Positions 56,695 through 64,000 of a stretch of 64,000 nucleotides of DNA are shown piece after piece; positions within the stretch are counted from its first letter, which is position 1, and each line of letters starts with the position of its first letter. Both the position numbers and the translations under genes were made by a program. The notes under the pieces are model-generated. The model was not told where the DNA came from, searched no databases, and saw only the letters and a list, made by a program, of their open reading frames with translations. Source of the DNA: Candidatus Latescibacterota bacterium. GTDB taxonomy: Bacteria > Latescibacterota > UBA2968 > UBA8231. The stretch covers positions 5,792,001-5,856,000 of the forward strand of contig OZ242214.1 in NCBI GenBank assembly GCA_965206595.1. The letters are read 5' to 3'.

Positions 56695-57781
56695 AGAACC
56701 GGGAGGCGTTGGCGGCCATGATCCGCTTCCTCAGGGGGCCGGGGACGACCGCGGGAATGGCGCGGTCCGGCGGGTCGAAATCCCAGTGCGGGTAATCGGT
56801 GGCGAACATCAGGAAGTCGTCGCTGCCGATCATGTCCATCAGCTGCAGGAGGTGCTTCGGGTTCGCCGGCTCTTCCATCGGCTGCGTCGTCGCTCCGAAG
56901 TGCTCGACGATGTACTCGCTGGGCAGCTTCGTCAGCCACGGCACCTCGTCGCGCAGGCCGCGGTAGTTCTTGTCCAGCCGCCACATCAGCCCCGGCAGCC
57001 AGGCGAATCCGCCCTCGACCAGTGCTACCCGCAGGGACGGGAACCGCTCGAACGTCCCCTCGCAGACCAGGCTCAGCACCTGGGCCTCGAACGCCTGCGA
57101 CATGGCGGTGTGGTCCTCAATGTAAAAGGAGGGCCAGCCGCAGGCGGTTATCGGGTTTTCGCCGCCGCGGCCCCCGAAGTGGATCCCCACCGGCAGGCCG
57201 GCGTCGCAGGCGGCCTCGAAGATCGGCAGGAACTCGCGCCTGCCGTAGGGGGCGTGGGAGCGCACCAGCAGCAGCACCTGCACGAAGCGCGGGTCCTCGG
57301 CGGCGCGGCGGATCTCCGCGGCCGCGGCCGCGGGGTCGCTGGTGTTGGCGACGATGGAGCCGCGCCAGCGCTCGTCCGCCTCGAGCCAGACCGCCACGGT
57401 CCACTCGTTCACCGCCCGCGCCAGGGCGTTGGCGAAGTCGAGGTTGTGCACCGCGGCCATTCCGTAGAGCGGGTTGAGGATGGCGGCCTCGATCCCCCAG
57501 CAGTCGAGCAGCTGCTCGCGGGCGAAGTCCGGATCGCTTCCCGGGGGGCCGCCGTTCGGCGGCCAGGCGTCCCGGCGCGAGGCGTTCTCGAACCCCTTGG
57601 GGTAGGTGGGCCCCGGCGGCCCCGTGAATCCCGACTGCTCGATGTAGGCTTTCCAGCGCGCCGACAAGTACGGATAGAAGTCGGCGATCGAACAGGGGGA
57701 GTTGTGAACGTCGCAGTCGATCAGCGACAGCGAGGTTCCGTTGCCTCCGATCGCGGCTGCCTTGGGGGCGGTTTCAGTCAT
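56675..57781 (-). CDS. Amidohydro_2 TIM-barrel protein, probable dimetal oxygenase-type
   Basis: DCDVH, GIHFG, EDH, LVEGG, TTQPMEEP, TDYPHWD. Confidence 0.88.
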   Translation of the reverse strand: MTETAPKAAAIGGNGTSLSLIDCDVHNSPCSIADFYPYLSARWKAYIEQSGFTGPPGPTYPKGFENASRRDAWPPNGGPPGSDPDFAREQLLDCWGIEAAILNPLYGMAAVHNLDFANALARAVNEWTVAVWLEADERWRGSIVANTSDPAAAAAEIRRAAEDPRFVQVLLLVRSHAPYGRREFLPIFEAACDAGLPVGIHFGGRGGENPITACGWPSFYIEDHTAMSQAFEAQVLSLVCEGTFERFPSLRVALVEGGFAWLPGLMWRLDKNYRGLRDEVPWLTKLPSEYIVEHFGATTQPMEEPANPKHLLQLMDMIGSDDFLMFATDYPHWDFDPPDRAIPAVVPGPLRKRIMAANASRFYDLHRG

Positions 57782-58265
57782 TTCCGGTACCGTTTCCGTG
57801 AAGACGCTCGTAGTTGCCGCCGAAAAAAATCAGCGGTTCGCCGCCGCGCGATGCCGCGGCCAGCAGCTCGCCGACGAACATGTCGTGATCGCCGCCCGAG
57901 AGCACCTCGACGACCCTGCAATCGGCGTAGGCGAGGGCGTCGTCGAGGATCGGCGAACCGGTCTCCCCCGCCGTGCAGCTCAGATCGGAAAAATCCTTGG
58001 GGCCCTTTCTCGCGAACCGCCGCGACAGGGATTCGTGCTCCTGCTTGAGGACGTTGACGGCGAAGCACCGGCTCTCGAGCAGGGCGCTGTGCATGTGTGC
58101 GGTCTTGTCCACCGATACGACGATGAGGGGCGGGTCGAGGGAGAGGGACATCACCGCGTTGGCGGTCATGCCGCACACCTCGTCCCCGGTGCGGGTGGTC
58201 ACCACGGTCACCCCGGTGGCGAAGCGGCCCATCACCTGCCGCTGCAGCTCTGAGTCGACAGCCAT
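57774..58265 (-). CDS. Flavin reductase-like protein (HpaC/DIM6-NTAB family)
   Basis: FATGVTVVT, GMTANA, SLDPPL, GGDH. Confidence 0.94.
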   Translation of the reverse strand: MAVDSELQRQVMGRFATGVTVVTTRTGDEVCGMTANAVMSLSLDPPLIVVSVDKTAHMHSALLESRCFAVNVLKQEHESLSRRFARKGPKDFSDLSCTAGETGSPILDDALAYADCRVVEVLSGGDHDMFVGELLAAASRGGEPLIFFGGNYERLHGNGTGND

Positions 58266-58345
58266 CATCTGCTCCCGTTACGGCGTCCCGGCGAACCGGG
58301 CGGCAACATCGAGGGTTCGTCCCACACGTCAAGCACCCACCCGCC

Positions 58346-59287
58346 TCAGTTCCCCGAGCGCATCTCCCGGGTCTGCTTCGAAACCGTCTCGATCTGCTCC
58401 TCGTTCCACTCCTCCTGCTGCTGCAGCGCGTAGAGCGAGGTGTAGCCGCCCGACCAGTCGGGCGGAACCAGGCAGGGGCGCCCGTCATGGTGCGCCCACA
58501 GCGCCGGCCTGCCGCGCACGATCTGTCCTTCGTAGCGGCTCGGCAGCGGGTTGGCGGTATAGGTGAAGGCGTCGGCGGAGGAGTAGACGTTGAGCAGCAG
58601 CGGCCGGCCCTGGTCGGACAGGTTCGGCCGCGAGCCGTGGATGACGCGGCAGTTGTGGATGGTGACCGACCCGGCCGGCCCCGTGAGGTACTCGACCCCA
58701 CCGGTGTCGATGCCGGCGGCGTCCTTCTCGCTCAGGCAGCCGACCCAGTTGCCGTTGGAGTACTGGTTGTAGAGCCGACCGTTGTGGCTGCCCGCGATCG
58801 CCCCGAGCGGCCCCTGGTCGTCGCCGACGTCGTGCAGGTAGGTGCCAATCGTCAGGGGGCTGTAGTTGGTGTGCGGCCAGTAGGTGATGTCCTGGTGCCA
58901 CTTCACCTCCTCGCCGCCCCGAGCCCACTTGAAGTTGAGCTTCGAGTGGTGAAACTTGACGTCGGGACCGACGAGGTCGGCGGCGATGTCGGCGATGATC
59001 GACTGCGAGGCGAACTCCCAGTAGGCCGGGAGGTGCTCGACCGGGCTGGTCAGGCGCCGCAGGCGCGGATCCCCGGCGGTGTGCCCCGGCTCGAGGTCGA
59101 AGATGGCGTCGGACTTCGTGAGGGAGCGGCTGCGGTCGACCATCTCGGCGGTTACGGCGATGAGCCGCTCGACCCATTCGTCCGGAACGACGCGCTCGAC
59201 GAGCAGGTAGCCTTTGTCGAAGTAGAAACGGCGCTGCTCGTCGCTGAGAACAACAGGCGGGTGCGAGAGGATCTCTTCGGGAGTCAT
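58346..59287 (-). CDS. PhyH-family dioxygenase
   Basis: HHSKLNFK, WHQD, GSH, IHGSRPN. Confidence 0.93.
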   Translation of the reverse strand: MTPEEILSHPPVVLSDEQRRFYFDKGYLLVERVVPDEWVERLIAVTAEMVDRSRSLTKSDAIFDLEPGHTAGDPRLRRLTSPVEHLPAYWEFASQSIIADIAADLVGPDVKFHHSKLNFKWARGGEEVKWHQDITYWPHTNYSPLTIGTYLHDVGDDQGPLGAIAGSHNGRLYNQYSNGNWVGCLSEKDAAGIDTGGVEYLTGPAGSVTIHNCRVIHGSRPNLSDQGRPLLLNVYSSADAFTYTANPLPSRYEGQIVRGRPALWAHHDGRPCLVPPDWSGGYTSLYALQQQEEWNEEQIETVSKQTREMRSGN

Positions 59288-59417
59288 GGTCGTTCTCCTC
59301 GTTTGCTGCCCCGGAAAGGTGGGCGAAGTGTGAATGCCCAGGCCGGCCTGGGGATCTTCAACTGGCTTTCATGCGGCCGGATCCGCAAGGCATCGAAGGG
59401 ACTTCATCCGGTCCGGT

Positions 59418-60341
59418 TCAGGGGACGTACTCGTGCAGGTCGTGGATCCACTTGTGCCCCCCGCCCGGAAGCGCGTAGGCCCCTCCCATGGCGAACAGCC
59501 TGTCGCCGGCGGTGCAGGCGTCGAGCCAGGCCTTGCCGACCGGCATCGGCTCGGCGACGGTCCAGGAGTCGCGGGCGAAGTCGTAGATCTCGTTGGAAGC
59601 GGTGTACCTGGGATCGCGGCCCCCGAAGGTGTACATGCAGCCGTCGAGGAGGGCGACCCCCTGGGATTCGCGTCCGGTCGGCTGCGGGGCGAGCGGCTCC
59701 CACTTCCCCACCGCCGGGTCGAGAACGTACTGCTCGTCGCGAAACTGGTTGTCCGGGTCCTTGTCGGTGCAGCCGCCGAAGACATGGATCCTGCCTTCGT
59801 GGGCGGCCACCCCCGGCCCCTGCAGCGGCCGCGGCAGGGAGGGGCCGTCCGACCATTCGGCCGTCTGCGGATCGTAGACCTCGACGCGGTCGACGATGCG
59901 CTGGTCTTGCGGGTCCATGGTGTTGCCCCCGATCACCCAGATCTTCCCTGCGCAGGCGACGACCGAGACGCCTGCCCGGTGGCCCCTCGGCATCGGCTCG
60001 AGAACCGACCACTGCTGGGTGCGGACGTCGAGAACTTCGAGGCAGTCGCGCGAGATGAAGTGGTAGTCGAGGCCGGTGCGGACGCGCATTTCGGAGGTCT
60101 GTATCGTCTTGCCGCCGGCGACGTAGATCCTGCCGTCGAGAAGGTCGGCGCCGAGCCAGCCGCGGGCGGTGGGGATCGGAGGCCCCTGTATCCAGACGTC
60201 GTTTTCGACGTCGTACACCTCGACCACGTGCAGGGTGAGGTCGTCGGCGCCGGAGATCGCGTAGATCGATCCGTTGACGGCGACGGACTGCAGGTCGTGC
60301 CGCGGCGTCGGCATCGACCGTCGTTCAAGCCACTGTCCCAT
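59418..60341 (-). CDS. Kelch-repeat beta-propeller protein (no signal peptide)
   Basis: Repeated MP.PR..., IYV.GG, VEVYD...W units (six blades). Confidence 0.92.
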   Translation of the reverse strand: MGQWLERRSMPTPRHDLQSVAVNGSIYAISGADDLTLHVVEVYDVENDVWIQGPPIPTARGWLGADLLDGRIYVAGGKTIQTSEMRVRTGLDYHFISRDCLEVLDVRTQQWSVLEPMPRGHRAGVSVVACAGKIWVIGGNTMDPQDQRIVDRVEVYDPQTAEWSDGPSLPRPLQGPGVAAHEGRIHVFGGCTDKDPDNQFRDEQYVLDPAVGKWEPLAPQPTGRESQGVALLDGCMYTFGGRDPRYTASNEIYDFARDSWTVAEPMPVGKAWLDACTAGDRLFAMGGAYALPGGGHKWIHDLHEYVP

Positions 60342-60678
60342 TGATATGTCCTCGGTTGGTAATTGGGTTTCAGGATCAGGCTGTCTCAGGCCGGGAGAAT
60401 AAACGCAATGTCGGGGGGGACGTCACCATCGGGGAGGGCTGTGGATGCCCAAAAAAACCGGGGTTGACGGAGGGGATTTCGAGTGGGGCAGGGGAGATGA
60501 TTTGTCAGCATCTCAGTCCTGCAGTGGTGCCTTGATCCGACCCCAAGTGATCGACTCGACAACCGAGCCTGCACCGGCGCTCGCCCGCAATCGCGCCCGG
60601 TACCCGAAGCGCGTTTCTGCCGGATCCTGGCACGCGGCCGTCGCCGACCGCGTGCCGTCGCCGCGCCTGCGGCCGGCC

Positions 60679-61524
60679 CTATGGGTGCAGCGCCAACTCC
60701 CGGGCGGTTGCGTATGTCAGCTGCGCCAGCTCGGCCGCCGATTCCCCCTGCCGGGGGGTGATCACCTCGAAGGTCCAGAGGCCCCGGTAGCCGACCTCGC
60801 GCAGGGCTTCGCGGATCGCCGGCCAGTCGAGGTCCCCCTGCAGCGGGGCCCAGTGGTTGTCCTGCGGATCCTCGCCGTCGACGTCCTGCAGATGGGTGCC
60901 CCACAGGCGCTCGCCCGCGGTCCTGATTTCCCCGGCAGGGTCGTTGCCCACAGTCCAGGCGTGGCCGGTGTCGACGACCAGGCCCACTGCCGCCTCCGGG
61001 TAGTCGCCGACGAGGCCGCGCAGCCCGGCCATGTTCAGGAAGGGGTAGTGGCAGTGGTAGGGCAGGTTCTCCAGCAGCATCCGCACCCCCGACTCGAGCG
61101 CCACCGGCACCAGGTCGTCGAGGGAGCGCCGCGCCGCGTCCGACATGATCCCGGTCAGCTCCGGGCGTTCCGGATCCTCGACGAATCTCGGATTCGGCAC
61201 CGGGTGGATGACCATGCCGGCGGCGCCGATGGCCCCCGACAGGCGCAGGAACTCGCCGAGCAGCGCCGCCTTCTCCCGCCGCCAGTCCTCCTCGGGGGCG
61301 GCGAGCACGTTGCGCATCATCGGCGCGTGCACGGTGCCGGCGCGCAGGCCGGACTCCTCGATCCGCGCTTGCAGCTGCTCGAGCTCCCTGCCGGTGAGAA
61401 CCCGTTCGGGGTCTCCTTCCAGCGAGGAGATCTCGACGTGGGAATACCCTGCCGCGGCGATCTCTTCGAGAGCCTTCGCGAGCGGCTGGTCCTTGAATCC
61501 TGCGGTAGCGTAGCTGATCTGCAT
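60679..61524 (-). CDS. Sugar phosphate isomerase/epimerase (AP endonuclease 2 / xylose isomerase-like TIM barrel)
   Basis: LLEN, DTGH, HLQD, H..P.QG.LDW, FE. Confidence 0.9.
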   Translation of the reverse strand: MQISYATAGFKDQPLAKALEEIAAAGYSHVEISSLEGDPERVLTGRELEQLQARIEESGLRAGTVHAPMMRNVLAAPEEDWRREKAALLGEFLRLSGAIGAAGMVIHPVPNPRFVEDPERPELTGIMSDAARRSLDDLVPVALESGVRMLLENLPYHCHYPFLNMAGLRGLVGDYPEAAVGLVVDTGHAWTVGNDPAGEIRTAGERLWGTHLQDVDGEDPQDNHWAPLQGDLDWPAIREALREVGYRGLWTFEVITPRQGESAAELAQLTYATARELALHP

Positions 61525-61550
61525 CGGTCCGGTCCTCCTTAGGGAATCGG

Positions 61551-61694
61551 TTACTTGATGAACAGGTGCTCGATCTCGGCGAGGGCGACGTCCAGCTCCC
61601 GCCGGTCCGCGTTGTCGAGCGCCGCGGCCCCTGGCTGGCGCATCCAGCGCCGTCTGCACACCGGCAGAATCCCGCGAATTCGCTCCTCGCTCAT
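61551..61694 (-). pseudogene. Internally deleted DapA/NAL-family aldolase remnant (47-aa mini-ORF)
   Basis: N-terminal IRGILPV(L)QTALD joined to C-terminal MRQPGAAALD..DRRELD..L. Confidence 0.55.
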
Positions 61695-61932
61695 GGTCGG
61701 CCCTCCGGCCGGCGACGCTGCGCCGGCTTCTGTCTATCAATGGAAGCGCCTGCATCGGCGCCGGATCCCACCCCCTGCCATCGTCCGTCGCGGACCCGGG
61801 CGCGGTTCCACAACAAAGCACCCCTGGATCGCGGCCACAAGCCGCGGCCTTCACTTGCCGCCGGCCCCCCCGGGCCCGTTTATCCTGCCTCGCGTCCAAG
61901 TTCACCGCTTCCCCAACTATTCAGACTTCGAG

Positions 61933-62697
61933 ATGAAACCTGCACGCCGAATCCTCGGCCGCATCGCCAGCGGCCGGCTGACCACCGGGGTGCTCGTCAC
62001 CGAGCAGCTGTTCCCGCAGATGATCGACTACTTCAGAACCGTCGGCCTCGATTACATGATCGTCGACTGCGAGCACGGCGCTTTCGACGACGGACTCGTG
62101 GCCGACGTATGCAGCCTGGGACGCATGGCGGACTTCGCCGTGCTCCTGCGGCCGATCGACTGCGACTACTCGACCATCCGCCGCGCCATCGACAGGGGGC
62201 CGTGCGGCTTCCTGCTTCCCTCGGTGGATTCGGCCGCCGACCTCGACCGCGTGCGCGACGCCATCTACATGCCCCCCCGGGGCAGGCGCAGGCCGGGCGG
62301 CCTCGGCAACTACTGGGTGCCCGACTACTCGGCCGAAACCTGGAGGGCCGAGGTGGAGGCGGACTTCATCGTGCTGCCGCAGATCGAGACCGTCGAGGGC
62401 CTGGAGAACGCCGGGGAAATCGCCGCCCACGAGCTCACCACGGCGATCGCCATCGGGCCCTACGACCTGTCCCATGCCATCGGCGTCGACGCGCAGATGG
62501 ACAACCCCGAGTTCCTGCGGGCGGTGGCGCGCATCCGCGAGGCGGGCGAGAAGGCCGGCAAGACCATGTGGGAGATCGGCGACGCCAGCCTCGTCGCCCG
62601 CGGCTGCCGCTTCATCTGCCTCGGCGAGGCGATGGCCCATCTCAGGGGATCGCTGTCGCAGGGAATCGAGAAAGCAAAAAAGGAGGCAGGGGAATGA
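61933..62697 (+). CDS. HpcH/HpaI aldolase family protein
   Basis: VDCEHG, YMPPRGRR, PQIET, IGPYDLS. Confidence 0.92.
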   Translation: MKPARRILGRIASGRLTTGVLVTEQLFPQMIDYFRTVGLDYMIVDCEHGAFDDGLVADVCSLGRMADFAVLLRPIDCDYSTIRRAIDRGPCGFLLPSVDSAADLDRVRDAIYMPPRGRRRPGGLGNYWVPDYSAETWRAEVEADFIVLPQIETVEGLENAGEIAAHELTTAIAIGPYDLSHAIGVDAQMDNPEFLRAVARIREAGEKAGKTMWEIGDASLVARGCRFICLGEAMAHLRGSLSQGIEKAKKEAGE

Positions 62698-63677
62698 GCA
62701 GGTTCGCCGACTACGAGAGGGAGTTCTTCGCCAGCCAGCTCGACTCCTTCCTTCCGGACCGCGTCTTCGACGCGCACACCCACCTGTGGCGCAAGGAGTT
62801 CGTCGAGTGGTCGGTCCCCGGGGGGCCGGACGACGTCGGCTACCCCGAGCACTGCGAGTTGATGCAGGACCTGCACCCCGGCCGCCATACCGCGGGCCTG
62901 TTCCTGCCCTCGGTAGCCCTCGGCGGCGACGGCAGCTTCCGGCGGCAGAACGAGTGGGTCGCCCAAGCCGTGGCCGCTGCTTCGGACTGCCGCGGCATGT
63001 TCTTCGTCAGACCGGAGGACGACCCGGAGTGGGTGCGCCAGGAGGTGAAACGGCTCGGATTGCACGGCCTCAAGTGCTACCACACCATGGCCTCGGTGAA
63101 GCCGACCTGGGAGGCGGAGATCCCCGACTACCTGCCGGAACGGCTGGTGAAGGTGGCCGGCGAGGAAGGCTGGGCCATCACCCTGCACATGGTGAAATCG
63201 CGGGCCGCAGCCGATCCCGGCAACATTCACTGGATACGGCACTACTGCGAGACCTACCCGAACATGCGGCTGATCCTCGCCCACTCGGCGCGCGGCTTCC
63301 AGCCGGCGCACAACCTCGAGGGCCTGCCGCAGCTGGCCGGCCTCGACAACCTCTACTGCGACACCAGCGTCAACTGCGAGCCCATGGCCCACCAGGCGAT
63401 CATCCGCTTCCTCGGGCACGACAAGCTGATGTACGGGACCGACCTGCCGGTCTGCCACGGACGCGGCCGGTCGGTGGGGGTGGCCGACACCTTCCTCTGG
63501 CTGGGAGAGGAGACCCCGGTCTGGGAGGAGAAGCACCAGACCATCCAGCCGCTGGCGATCGGCCTGGAGCACCTGCGCTCGATCAAGTGGGCCTGCTGGG
63601 GGGAGCGCCTCGGGGACGCCGCGGTCGAGGACATCTTCTGGAACAACGCGGCGCGGCTGTTCGGCATCGAGGACTGA
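62694..63677 (+). CDS. Amidohydrolase family protein
   Basis: DAHTH, GLKCYH, LAH, DTS, YGTD, NAARL. Confidence 0.9.
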   Translation: MSRFADYEREFFASQLDSFLPDRVFDAHTHLWRKEFVEWSVPGGPDDVGYPEHCELMQDLHPGRHTAGLFLPSVALGGDGSFRRQNEWVAQAVAAASDCRGMFFVRPEDDPEWVRQEVKRLGLHGLKCYHTMASVKPTWEAEIPDYLPERLVKVAGEEGWAITLHMVKSRAAADPGNIHWIRHYCETYPNMRLILAHSARGFQPAHNLEGLPQLAGLDNLYCDTSVNCEPMAHQAIIRFLGHDKLMYGTDLPVCHGRGRSVGVADTFLWLGEETPVWEEKHQTIQPLAIGLEHLRSIKWACWGERLGDAAVEDIFWNNAARLFGIED

Positions 63678-63701
63678 CGGGGAGGCCGCAGGAGGGATCC
63701 A

Positions 63702-64000
63702 ATGGCGCTGAAGAAATCCCAGCTCTACTCATCCCTCTGGCAGAGCTGCGACGAGCTGCGCGGCGGCATGGACGCCTCGCAGTACAAGGACTACGTCCTG
63801 ACGCTGCTGTTCATGAAGTACGTCTCGGACAAGTACGCCGGCAGCCCCGACGCCCTCATCGAAGTGCCCGAAGGCGGGGGCTTCGCCGACATGGTAAGGC
63901 TCAAGGGCGACAAGGAGATCGGCGACAAGATCAACACTATCATCGGCGAGCTCGCCGAGGCCAACGACCTCAAGGGAGTCATCGACCAGGCCGACTTCAA
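63702..64000 (+). CDS. hsdM: Type I restriction-modification methyltransferase subunit (partial)
   Basis: MALKKSQLYSSLWQSCDELRGGMDASQYKDYVL.LLF.KYVSD HsdM N-terminus; runs off the window. Confidence 0.93.
   Translation, partial: MALKKSQLYSSLWQSCDELRGGMDASQYKDYVLTLLFMKYVSDKYAGSPDALIEVPEGGGFADMVRLKGDKEIGDKINTIIGELAEANDLKGVIDQADF

Overview
High-GC bacterial chromosomal window from a diderm (TonB receptor, lipoproteins). Three secreted proteins carry an FlgD-Ig/T9SS-type 'NPFN' C-terminal tail and PhyH paralogues are expanded, which suggests an FCB-group lineage (Latescibacterota/Gemmatimonadota-like, possibly host-associated). This is inference only. Positions 1-16.3 kb are an accessory, decaying region: two CBM9/DOMON-like secreted-protein paralogues, a dead IS5, a 69-aa Cys/His-rich peptide ORF between 18-bp inverted repeats, a broken YtrA-GntR/ABC/permease-LVIVD/TlpA cluster, LacI, a degenerate kinase fused directly to a winged-helix domain, and a TonB receptor plus a remnant of a second one. 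Positions 16.4-45 kb are metabolic and transport genes (VIT-VWA, PhyH x2, enolase superfamily, yejABEF plus an extra yejA, a sugar ABC/dehydrogenase cluster, polB, nfuA, moeA). Positions 45.1-48.2 kb are a mosaic tandem array of three more CBM9-like genes. The rest holds acs, GH172, two VWA-CTD proteins, a Kelch/PhyH/flavin reductase/amidohydrolase/Rieske cluster, gene remnants and the start of hsdM. Strongest leads: (1) a diversifying CBM9-like family with an invariant C-terminal SAV[EQ]S[VT]SWARIKASL motif, a candidate unannotated sorting signal; (2) a His-to-Gln pseudokinase-wHTH regulator lacking its receiver domain; (3) the IR-flanked Cys-rich peptide; (4) an unrecognised ~31-aa repeat inside a TlpA protein; (5) a probable three-component TIM-barrel dimetal oxygenase. 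No rRNA, tRNA or CRISPR array was found. All coordinates were read by eye.
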